Shown: positions 8,301 through 14,769, numbered from the stretch's first letter. The stretch: DNA of 32,000 nucleotides from Candidatus Saccharimonadota bacterium (GCF_047555085.1 NZ_CP180230.1:990001-1022000), one strand, 5' to 3'. Notes: generated by a model from the sequence alone, not told the origin. Made by a program: numbers and translations.

Positions 8301-9936
8301 ACTTCACTGTAGAGTTCCAGTGTCCAAGCCTGACATCGCCCGTGGAAACCTGGCCTGTATCATTCATCGCAACGTAGAGGCCGTCCTCAAAGACACTGTT
8401 CGAGGACGTGTCGACGTCCCAACGGGAAATATTTCCAAGAGTATCATTGTAATCATCAGAGATCAGAGTTCCTGCCTCACCTTCAGGCCCAAGAACGACA
8501 TAGTCCTGAGCAGAGTCAGAAATATTCAGAACAACCTGATCTCCAGCAGTGTAATATCCGTCCTCATCCGTATCATTGTAGCCTAACTCTCCTGATTTCG
8601 TGTAGTTCCCGGCAGGAGAATCAGTACTGTCAACATCGCTCTGCGTGAACTCTGTTCCAACAGAGGCCTCTACAGTACCGTTATCAGGATCCTGATTGTA
8701 CAGAAGGATATCGCCCTCGCTAAGGCCGTCGTCTTCTGTGTCATAGACAATGACGTCCTGATCAACGCTGTCTCCTGGATTCCAGGAGCCTGTGCTGGAG
8801 CCGTACTCAAGCACTCTGAAACTTCCACCACTGTAAACACTCAGGGATTTCCCGAGATCGTTCGTCTCAGGATGACTGTCAGAACTATTCATTACTGAAA
8901 GCAGATTCAGGCCTAGAGATATCCCTGTGGAAGAAGGCCTTGAAGAGACATCGTAGTTGCCAAGCCGGATATCGGAAGCGTTAACGTAGTTATTATTTTC
9001 CTGACTGTAGTATATCGGATCTCCGGACGTGAAAGCGCCATCGCCCTGATCTGCGTAAAGTAAAGTCGTCTCATTGGCCCACAGAAGATCAGCCTTTCCA
9101 TCCCTCTTGATGACATCGCCGCTTCTCTCAAGAGTATCATCCTTACTTCCCTCCTCACGCACTATAGCGGAGGAAGCAACGAATCCTATCTGTGAGCCGT
9201 TCTGCTCCAGATATCTCGTCGTATCGGCCTCAAACTGGCTTGGATAGAACTCCGATCCAAGATCAATCACTCTATCACTGCTGTCAAGCACGTTATCAGA
9301 GCTATTCACAAGAATCTCCGTTCCATAAACTCCTCCATCAAACTGTCCATTGCCGTTTGACTCCACGTACCGGACATCACTGTGAAGAGTCCTTGAAGAG
9401 AAGTTACCTGAAGCCAGTACCTCGGCACTTCTGTCAACGAGGCCTGAATCAGTACGCAAAACTATCTCTCCGGCGAATCCTGCTGTAGAATTATTTCCAT
9501 CAAAAACACTGTTGTTATCGACACCGCCATCCAAAAAGTAGACATCGGAAGAAAAGTTCGCTATCGCAGTACTGTTCAGCACAGAGGCCTTATCGCCCAC
9601 ATGCTCACGTACAACTCCAAGAATGTCCTCTCCATCACCGTATCCGTTGAGGCCTTTATCCTCTCCGGACTGATTCAGGAACATCGTACTGTTATCCTCA
9701 AAACTGTAGACAGCAGCTCCCGGTACAGGCGATCCCGAAATATTTTCGTCGCCCCCATAAGTAATATTGAAACTGAAAGCACCAACACCGGTAGAATCAG
9801 GCTGAACTGTCTCATCATTAGCCATTCCATCTCCAAGAGGAGTTATCGACGTCCCTGAAGCCAGGCCCGTCAGAAATACAGCTAAAGCTAAAACATAAAG
9901 TACATCAGCGATGTCCGAATTTTCTCTCGCTTTCAT
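5302..9936 (-). CDS. giant (1544 aa) acidic secreted surface protein, S-layer or adhesin candidate, with no recognisable membrane anchor
   Basis: Single uninterrupted ORF with an ATG start and signal-like N-terminus (VLYVLALAVFLTGLASG). It has more than 40 N-x-S/T sequons by eye. Degenerate D-x-[DN]-G-x-[YF]-x-x-G-[DE] repeats recur. The C-terminus has two GWNFVSFP...GYM / GYNLIGTF...AYWL modules. There is no C-terminal TM or PGF-CTERM. Confidence 0.85.
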   Translation of the reverse strand: MKARENSDIADVLYVLALAVFLTGLASGTSITPLGDGMANDETVQPDSTGVGAFSFNITYGGDENISGSPVPGAAVYSFEDNSTMFLNQSGEDKGLNGYGDGEDILGVVREHVGDKASVLNSTAIANFSSDVYFLDGGVDNNSVFDGNNSTAGFAGEIVLRTDSGLVDRSAEVLASGNFSSRTLHSDVRYVESNGNGQFDGGVYGTEILVNSSDNVLDSSDRVIDLGSEFYPSQFEADTTRYLEQNGSQIGFVASSAIVREEGSKDDTLERSGDVIKRDGKADLLWANETTLLYADQGDGAFTSGDPIYYSQENNNYVNASDIRLGNYDVSSRPSSTGISLGLNLLSVMNSSDSHPETNDLGKSLSVYSGGSFRVLEYGSSTGSWNPGDSVDQDVIVYDTEDDGLSEGDILLYNQDPDNGTVEASVGTEFTQSDVDSTDSPAGNYTKSGELGYNDTDEDGYYTAGDQVVLNISDSAQDYVVLGPEGEAGTLISDDYNDTLGNISRWDVDTSSNSVFEDGLYVAMNDTGQVSTGDVRLGHWNSTVKLGDKDTGNGTVEEGDLDQGAVLDSFTASDNVAALDRNNKDVYDAGIGRLSDNEQGREALISTTDEFLNDTDDIIREGRMPSAGFDSNIRYFDSDDSTEYEEGEAIVDATNGFGDGSDVIVPGSAGFAALQAETKYMETGSTGFDPAVDPLVHDAGRDGLLRKGSLDRADTSGSDDYVYTEFEGNLQNFNRSLNETGMKKTVFLDSQSSGADEGVYNAGEDILEVELVTNGSASDSFDGEEIFNFADSTRHTAATYSDGEKIVNDTDRNGVYQNVVQDIEISNVVDVADYPEFFTEANDTAINSGLRVYRHYEDTREEVGVLGYDGGLKWSSGVSENITNDTKFSVEFDSAPAGDLGDMLHGFKGETSQISLAGGSVGTVTSEDVQVIDGHAPELVEAWTGNRNGGESTATSKVFVKTNEQYSGLDYGSHITPGRFNIVGEDLLVDSALGPDDTNMVDGNNIVLVLNESVQTNKTFDVEIAEGEFIQDNAANSRSDDSVYAQDGLKPQLETQVYRDVNEDGKVDLIELNFSENISYSAFSSDDWNVTEEELSGLTVDSGTAGNNDTLELEASADENITGVKESEPFLDYEADAVVDNSGNTLNDFNRTLADMAAPVIFNATTGDDNRDARIDRIGLNFTEPLDDQASELLPDSFSIGDAGEVEGVVSGESDDSELDLEISSERGTDSSPSVTMFSEAIRDSSGNSIDEEQVFAGTVDTTNPVLLNAQINHGQSSYANTFVNVRFSEPVKGDREQINLSSKALAFQNTDSAQLHTVEYGEILPTGNSPNVTGITNITDSSGNTAVLEASDNVTVNSFRKQMVEGWNFVSFPIADETTPAIEKVIDTSKIDVVWTYRNSQWQTYDPEASQNDFTEFEGGVGYMIKASEDFVLNPNVNTVRTHMTGRDLANASTGLANGYNLIGTFQEHTVPADNSETGAFGALDTTHVDTVYEQSSAGSRQVDTVRDSTGNSPGEMSPGEAYWLNWEGDSASYSEPVVDGGG

Positions 9937-9955
9937 CTAGATCAGTACCTTTCCG

Positions 9956-9961
9956 AATTTA
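9956..9961 (-). promoter_or_regulatory. TATA-like box upstream of the giant surface-protein gene
   Basis: The minus strand reads TAAATT about 20-25 nt upstream of ATG 9936, consistent with a leaderless or very short-leader transcript. Confidence 0.3.
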
Positions 9962-10284
9962 GGCACACTACCGAGGCACAGTTCAAAGGCCTCAATAGTT
10001 CCTGGTCACTAAATAATGGGCCTAGCTGGTTTAAAAAATCACTTAATACGACAGCCATCAAAAAAGCCAGAAACACCTGTTGTTACCAAAAAGTATAAAA
10101 AAGTTTACTGTGATAGTTGTGTTACGGGTTGGCTACCCGAAGTGAAGCAACCTCTCTTCGACTCTTGTCAAACTTCATCTGTAGAAGAGGGGAAGATAAC
10201 TTGAGGGGGATCAACAGGGAGCGAGAGCTCCCCAAACAGGCCCTCCACAAAAATTTCCAGGAAAAATTTCTCCACAGTGCAGAA

Positions 10285-10290
10285 TTTAAA
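10285..10290 (+). promoter_or_regulatory. TATA-like box for tRNA-Thr
   Basis: TTTAAA lies 36-41 nt upstream of tRNA position +1 (10326), which would give a short 5' leader. Confidence 0.35.
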
Positions 10291-10325
10291 GAGTAAAGGC
10301 CTACACTACAAACACAGCGAAAAAG

Positions 10326-10478
10326 GCCTCGATGGCTCAGCTTGGTAGAGCGGTCCCCTCGTAGGCGTGGTTACTCTCGAGCCGGACGCAACAAGTCCAT
10401 CCAAAGAATGGCTTCCGGTATTGCAGCAAACTACACAGAGCTAGGGACAGATCCCGGGTTCAAATCCCGGTCGGGGCT
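10326..10478 (+). tRNA. tRNA-Thr (anticodon CGU) interrupted by a 79-nt intron
   Basis: Cloverleaf read by eye. Acceptor is GCCTCGA/TCGGGGC (one G-U). D arm is GCTC-AGCTTGGTA-GAGC. Anticodon stem is GTCCC/GGGAC with loop C-T-CGT-A-[intron]-A. Variable region is AGATC and T arm is CCGGG-TTCAAAT-CCCGG. Discriminator is T and no CCA is encoded. The mature length would be 74 nt. Confidence 0.85.
10364..10442 (+). other. tRNA intron at the canonical 37/38 position
   Basis: A bulge-helix-bulge can be drawn. C32-U33-C34 pairs with G10440-A10439-G10438, plus one G.A mismatch. Three-nt bulges TA|G and CT|A flank this helix. An outer helix GCGTGG/CTACAC has 5 of 6 pairs. An internal hairpin GCCGGA...TCCGGT is present. 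There is no TGATGA or CTGA box. Confidence 0.7.
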
Positions 10479-10619
10479 AAAAATTTCTCTTCCTGAAGAC
10501 ACCTAGAATTTATCCTGTGAAAAAATTCAGGAAGATGAGCTCCTTAACCTATATAGCCGGTTTTTGCGGGCCTAAAACCTCAAAAGAATTTTTTAATTAA
10601 AAACGCATAATTAGATCTT

Positions 10620-11417
10620 ATGAATTTATTTTATCGGCGGGTAAAATGGGTTCTTACTTTTCTGATCTCATTGCTGGCTGTCGTTCTCATACAGCAGATA
10701 AGTCCAAGCAGCTCTACTTCAGGTGGCATAAGCAACCTGGCACGAGTAGCAATTCTAGTTATGGGGATGTCGATACCTTTCTATACCGTCCGCACTTACA
10801 GACTGAAGAATCTGTGCGAAAATATTTCCGATCTTGATGAAAAAGAACTAGGCGAACTAAGACCAGGACTGAATGCTGTGAACGTGTATCTTGAATCAGA
10901 AAATCCTGTAAAAGCACCTATATCAGGCAATAACGTGGCTTTAGCTAAAGTCACCGTCAACAGTTTCAATTACTGGTCAATATTCGCTGAAAGAATCCTG
11001 GATTACAGCAGACTATTCCTAAGTAACGGGAGAAACAAGATAGCATTTTCTGTAGACCAGAACTGTAGAATCAAAATGCCTGGATTCGAAGAGGAAAGTG
11101 ATTACGTTTCGGGCCTAGGATCTCCAGAGGATAGCGTGAAACAGTTCGAGCAGAAAAACAGCGTAAACAACACTTCGTTCCGGCGCGGCTACGTTGAAAA
11201 AGGAGTCAAAAATAGCGAAGATCTGACGATCATCGGAGATTTCGAAGAAGGGAACAACGGGATACAGCTTACATCTTCAGAAAAACTTCCGGCAATAATC
11301 AGCAAAAAAGGGCTGAGCCAGCTGACTGAACACTACAAAAACAGGAAAAAACGGAATGCTGCAATCACATCCGTCCTTATCATAGCAGTAACTGCGGGAA
11401 CACTACTCCCGCTATAA
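10620..11417 (+). CDS. membrane protein (two N-terminal TM helices, one C-terminal TM helix), unknown function; weak resemblance to the GIDE-type architecture
   Basis: 265 aa with an ATG start. By my count it is net basic (about 31 K/R against 26 D/E), unlike the neighbouring acidic proteins. The GIDE-like call rests only on topology and on the pattern LRPGLNAVNVYLESENPVKAPISGNNVALAKV. Confidence 0.6.
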   Translation: MNLFYRRVKWVLTFLISLLAVVLIQQISPSSSTSGGISNLARVAILVMGMSIPFYTVRTYRLKNLCENISDLDEKELGELRPGLNAVNVYLESENPVKAPISGNNVALAKVTVNSFNYWSIFAERILDYSRLFLSNGRNKIAFSVDQNCRIKMPGFEEESDYVSGLGSPEDSVKQFEQKNSVNNTSFRRGYVEKGVKNSEDLTIIGDFEEGNNGIQLTSSEKLPAIISKKGLSQLTEHYKNRKKRNAAITSVLIIAVTAGTLLPL

Positions 11418-11448
11418 CAACATCCTTGTAGAGGCCTCTAAAACGAGA

Positions 11449-11856
11449 TTATTCTGTTACCGTGATTCTTCCGCCGGCTGCGAAAGGCCTGTGATTGTGG
11501 TAGCTCCAGTTGCCTGTCTTTTTGAACGTGAAAGAGTATTTTTCTCCTGTCTGGCATTGATCGAAGGCTGTTATCGAAGAGTTTCCGCAGTGTTCTCCTA
11601 TAGTTGTGTTGGAGTAGTCTGTATGTGTTGGATGGGGATCAGAGGCTATCCACATGCTGATGGAGGCCTTGTTGCGCCATACAACTGTATCGCCTTTTTC
11701 GATAGTCAGGACAGTTGGCTGGAAGCCTCTCTCCGTCATGTTGACTGTATAAGTCTCTGACTCATCCAGGTCTTCCTGCTGTTGTGGTGCGAAAAGTGCG
11801 ACGAGTGAGACAGCGAAGACTACCAGTGCCAGAGTCCTGATCTGTGGCTTCTCCAT
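11449..11856 (-). CDS. secreted or anchored cupredoxin-like domain protein
   Basis: N-terminal hydrophobic helix. GFQPTVLTIEKGDTVVWRNK...DPHPTHTDY...SYHNH fits the cupredoxin-like beta-sandwich pattern with His/Cys candidates. The metal site is not verified. Confidence 0.6.
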   Translation of the reverse strand: MEKPQIRTLALVVFAVSLVALFAPQQQEDLDESETYTVNMTERGFQPTVLTIEKGDTVVWRNKASISMWIASDPHPTHTDYSNTTIGEHCGNSSITAFDQCQTGEKYSFTFKKTGNWSYHNHRPFAAGGRITVTE

Positions 11857-11902
11857 GAATTGAAGATTTGTGGATCTCTGTATAAAAAATGCTTCAAAGT
11901 AT

Positions 11903-12646
11903 TCAGGCCTCTGCAGTTATGTGATCCCAGTATACTCCGACAAGCAGAAGTGATAGGAAAGTTATCGCGGCGAAGTACGAAGATGTTGCAAAGTAGTCTC
12001 CCTCTGTGAGAAGCATTCCGAACTCGTCCATGAATATTCCTAGGCCTGTCCCGTAGAGTACTGCAGCGTATTTCTTGGAGAATCCTTCGCGGAAGAGCAG
12101 AAGCCATCCTGCGGAGATCAGTGCTGCGAATCCGAAGAAGAAATGATGGATGTGATATCCGCTCACCCATATCTCGTTAACCGGTATAAAGAATGCAGGG
12201 CCTGCTGTTTCAGGGCCTACGATGCCGGAAAGTATAACTGCTACACGTGCAACAACGAATGACAGGAAAAAAGTGGAGAGAACTATCATACGGAGCTTGG
12301 ATTTTTCCGAGTACGATGAAACTTTCTCCAGTGATCCAAGATATATATCGAAGAGAAAGTGAAGTATTGCACTTGTAGAAAGCAGGAAGAATCCGGCTAT
12401 AATACTGAAAAGCTGTTCCTCAACGACTAAAGCAGACATAACTTCCTCTGCAAGATCTCCAAGCACAAAACTGTAGAAAGCTGCCGGGAAACGTGGAAAA
12501 AGCAGTGCAGAAACAGTAGCGGAGAATCCTACTACGACTCCAAGCGTGGATAAGCTTCGCAGAAGCTTCAGATCATCTTTTTCCAGGCCCAGAAAGGCAA
12601 ATACCCTCTTCAATAAAGATTTCAGGGCCTTAAAGCTTCTATCCAT
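11903..12646 (-). CDS. polytopic membrane protein, unknown function
   Basis: 247 aa with an ATG start, about 6-7 hydrophobic helices and a conserved-looking GYHIHHFFFG segment. Confidence 0.65.
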   Translation of the reverse strand: MDRSFKALKSLLKRVFAFLGLEKDDLKLLRSLSTLGVVVGFSATVSALLFPRFPAAFYSFVLGDLAEEVMSALVVEEQLFSIIAGFFLLSTSAILHFLFDIYLGSLEKVSSYSEKSKLRMIVLSTFFLSFVVARVAVILSGIVGPETAGPAFFIPVNEIWVSGYHIHHFFFGFAALISAGWLLLFREGFSKKYAAVLYGTGLGIFMDEFGMLLTEGDYFATSSYFAAITFLSLLLVGVYWDHITAEA

Positions 12647-12687
12647 AAACAGGAACAGTTTTTTGACTGAAAATTTATAGAACTGTC

Positions 12688-13158
12688 TCAGTGAAATGTA
12701 GGATCATCATCAGGATCCTTGAATCTTTCTACACCTGTCCCGAGATCGCTCTCCGGCCAGGGATGATTTAACACAGTCAGCGCCCGCTCCTCGTAAGTTT
12801 CTCTATCCAGGCCTGAAAGCTGATCCTCGTACTCACGGAACACGGCTCTAGTCTTCTTCGCAAGCAGGATTTCATTTCCATCATCGAGGAAAGCCGTCGC
12901 CATAGCCAGATCGAGTTCCTCATCCCCGAGATAATCACTTCTCAAAATCTTCCTCGTCTGATGCGCGTATAGAGCTGCACCTACCTCAGCAAGCTCGTCA
13001 CGTACCTGTTCAGGAACTTCATCCAGCTGATGATCCAAGTTCTTCTCCAGGAGATCCTCGTAGGCCTCTTCCACTTCATCTCCAACAGCCTCTCCCACAA
13101 CTTCCTGGAAGTACTCCTGAAGCTCGTCAACAAGCTCCTCTCGATCCTTATCCTCCAT
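12688..13158 (-). CDS. hypothetical highly acidic protein
   Basis: The ORF is open to 13170 (TTG). The ATG at 13158 (MEDKDREEL...) is preferred. No motif recognised. Confidence 0.6.
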   Translation of the reverse strand: MEDKDREELVDELQEYFQEVVGEAVGDEVEEAYEDLLEKNLDHQLDEVPEQVRDELAEVGAALYAHQTRKILRSDYLGDEELDLAMATAFLDDGNEILLAKKTRAVFREYEDQLSGLDRETYEERALTVLNHPWPESDLGTGVERFKDPDDDPTFH

Positions 13159-13212
13159 AGGCCTCAACAACGAGATTAAAAGTTATAATTTTCCCGGAAG
13201 AAAAGCTTTAGT

Positions 13213-13413
13213 ATGAAACTGGAAAGCTGGAAAGGCATCACATTACTCTGGATTGCTTCATATATCACAGCCATAGTGGCCGCATCTATAACCTGTAGGC
13301 TATTCCAGTGTGCCAGTCAGGCCCGGATAGGAGGAATATTTTTACAAACACTTATGGTTCTATCACTGCTATTCTGGTTCTACCTACGTGGGAAAAGAAA
13401 GGAACAAGAGTAG
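13213..13413 (+). CDS. possible small two-helix membrane protein
   Basis: 66-aa ORF with two hydrophobic stretches that fills an otherwise empty spacer. No other support. Confidence 0.3.
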   Translation: MKLESWKGITLLWIASYITAIVAASITCRLFQCASQARIGGIFLQTLMVLSLLFWFYLRGKRKEQE

Positions 13414-13444
13414 CTCTCAAAATTGGAAAAAGTAGAGAAAGATG

Positions 13445-13532
13445 CGCCGGGGCCGGGATTTGAACCCGGGAGGGCGGTGAAGCCCAGTAGCTTAGCAAGC
13501 TACCGCGATAAACCATACTCTGCCACCCCGAC
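13445..13532 (-). tRNA. tRNA-Ser (anticodon GCU), class II with long variable arm
   Basis: The reverse strand reads GTCGGGG TG GCAG AGTATGGTTTA TCGC G GTAGC TTGCTAA GCTAC. This is followed by a 17-nt variable arm (GGGC/GCCC stem), CCGGG TTCAAAT CCCGG, CCCCGGC and G. There is one A-C mismatch in the D stem and no encoded CCA. Confidence 0.88.
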
Positions 13533-13651
13533 ATTTGAGGCCTGTATGTTATCTGTTTCACGGTAAACAACTTAAAAACAAGTGTAGGCCTGTCCGGGCA
13601 AACTATTTAAGTTTCTGGCGGGAAGTTTTGCATTATAAAGTGGTAAACTCG

Positions 13652-13924
13652 ATGGCAGAAAATATTATCGACTTCTCGGATATAGTGGACAAGCAGGTTT
13701 ACACGGAGAAAGGCTCCTACTGCGGTGAAATCAAAGATGTAGAGATGCAGCTCGGCAAGTTCGCAGTTAGAGCTGTAGTAGTAGCTGCTGAGAAAGGCTC
13801 TTACCTTGCCGAGAAAGTTGGAGGCGCAAAGAACGTTGTCATCCCGTACCGGATGATTGACTCCATCGACGACATCATCATCATGAAGGATTTCGAGACA
13901 AATAACGCAGAAGAAGAGGAGTAA
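13652..13924 (+). CDS. PRC-barrel domain protein (second small paralog)
   Basis: MAENIIDFSDIVDKQVYTEKGSYCGEIKDVEM...VVIPYRMIDSIDDIIIMKDF fits the PRC-barrel pattern. The longer tracked ORF (from 13535) would run through the tRNA-Ser promoter region, so the ATG at 13652 is preferred. Confidence 0.8.
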   Translation: MAENIIDFSDIVDKQVYTEKGSYCGEIKDVEMQLGKFAVRAVVVAAEKGSYLAEKVGGAKNVVIPYRMIDSIDDIIIMKDFETNNAEEEE

Positions 13925-13930
13925 AAAAGA

Positions 13931-13955
13931 GGAGAAAAACACCATATTTTTCTCC
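13931..13955 (+). terminator. perfect 9-bp hairpin followed by a T-rich tract
   Basis: GGAGAAAAA (13931..13939), a 7-nt loop, then TTTTTCTCC (13947..13955), followed by AAAAAATTTTTTCT. It lies directly after the PRC-barrel stop codon. Confidence 0.4.
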
Positions 13956-14002
13956 CAAAAAATTTTTTCTAAAAAGATTTGATCCTGAGGCCTCAACAAT
14001 CA

Positions 14003-14299
14003 ATGATTAATGCAGTTGTAGGCCTTGGATACGAAGTAGTGAGGGAGACATGGTACGTCACCAGTATACTGGCCAAGTACTTTCTGGCGGCTACACTGGC
14101 TCTTTTGATCTATCAGAAAAACTTTTCAGTGGAAAAAGTTGAAGAGAAACTTCTTGAAAACGGTAAAGAATTCGTACTCGCGTGTACAGGCCTTGGAGTC
14201 ATATCATTCGTTCTCAGCCTGGAGTTGAGGCCTTTCCTGCCTTTTGTCAGCCAGTTTATCGCGGTAGCCTATCTAGGTTTCCTTTTCTGGAAGTACTGA
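14003..14299 (+). CDS. small membrane protein (about 3 TM helices)
   Basis: ORF from TTG 13979. The ATG at 14003 (MINAVVGLGY...) is preferred. Hydrophobic helices; no motif recognised. Confidence 0.5.
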   Translation: MINAVVGLGYEVVRETWYVTSILAKYFLAATLALLIYQKNFSVEKVEEKLLENGKEFVLACTGLGVISFVLSLELRPFLPFVSQFIAVAYLGFLFWKY

Positions 14300-14346
14300 A
14301 AAGAAATTTCTGCGAAACAAAATTTTTGAGGCCTGGAAAAAATTTT

Positions 14347-14673
14347 TCAGGAAAGTTTTTCGTCCACTTCCTCGTACCATTCCGATATAGTCTGGCGTGT
14401 AAGTTCCTTGATATCCTCCCATGGAAGAGTTGTGTACACGTAGTAGACTGTTTTCTCGGTCTTGCCTTCTCTCAAGATCAGATCTTTTTCCAGCATTTCC
14501 TGTAAAGCTCTCTGGACTGTTGAACGGCTTCTTTCTACCTGATTCCCGATCTGTTTTACAGTCAACTGGTCGTTGCGTAGTTCCTGAAATATCTCCTTCT
14601 GGAGGTCGTTCAGTTGAAAAGTCTCGAAAACAATCTCGTCAGAATCCTTCCCCTCCAGATCAAGCACACTCAT
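14347..14673 (-). CDS. winged-helix (TrmB/MarR-like) transcriptional regulator
   Basis: LQKEIFQELRNDQLTVKQIGNQVERSRSTVQRALQEMLEKDLILREGKTEKTVYYVYT fits the helix-turn-helix plus wing pattern. Confidence 0.75.
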   Translation of the reverse strand: MSVLDLEGKDSDEIVFETFQLNDLQKEIFQELRNDQLTVKQIGNQVERSRSTVQRALQEMLEKDLILREGKTEKTVYYVYTTLPWEDIKELTRQTISEWYEEVDEKLS

Positions 14674-14693
14674 ACACTAGAGAGGATAAACAA

Positions 14694-14769
14694 CAGTAAA
14701 AAATGTTTCACTCCTCAGAAAGAAAAAGGCAGGAAACAGTAGAGAAAAAACAGTAAAAAATTGTTTCAC
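14694..14769. repeat. two copies of an 18/19-nt direct repeat between the MazG-like gene and the wHTH gene
   Basis: CAGTAAAAAATGTTTCAC (14694..14711) and CAGTAAAAAATTGTTTCAC (14751..14769) differ by one inserted T. Copy 1 sits 21-38 nt upstream of the regulator ATG (14673). Copy 2 overlaps the MazG-like stop codon. Confidence 0.6.

Noticed and set aside
10016-10204. A 62-aa basic ORF in the 390-bp spacer between the giant gene and tRNA-Thr.
   Set aside because: It has no motif and no plausible promoter geometry, and its composition is unlike the local proteome. The spacer is more simply the promoter region for the giant gene and the tRNA. A 6-bp hairpin with a GAGA loop at 10217..10232 was also judged too small to call as an RNA element.
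10364-10442. Possibility that the tRNA-Thr intron encodes a C/D-box sRNA, as the haloarchaeal tRNA-Trp intron does.
   Set aside because: No TGATGA (C box) or CTGA (D box) is present in the 79 nt.
10479-11448. Possibility of an integrated element with att repeats derived from the tRNA-Thr 3' end.
   Set aside because: I could find no copy of the tRNA 3' segment (GGGTTCAAATCCCGGTCGGGGC or parts of it) downstream of the 10620 gene, and no integrase or recombinase. The idea is kept only as a weak compositional hint.
13352-13651. Tracked ORFs 13352..13570 (minus) and the 5' extension of 13535..13924 (plus).
   Set aside because: They run through tRNA-Ser and its promoter. The PRC-barrel homology begins only at the internal ATG at 13652.
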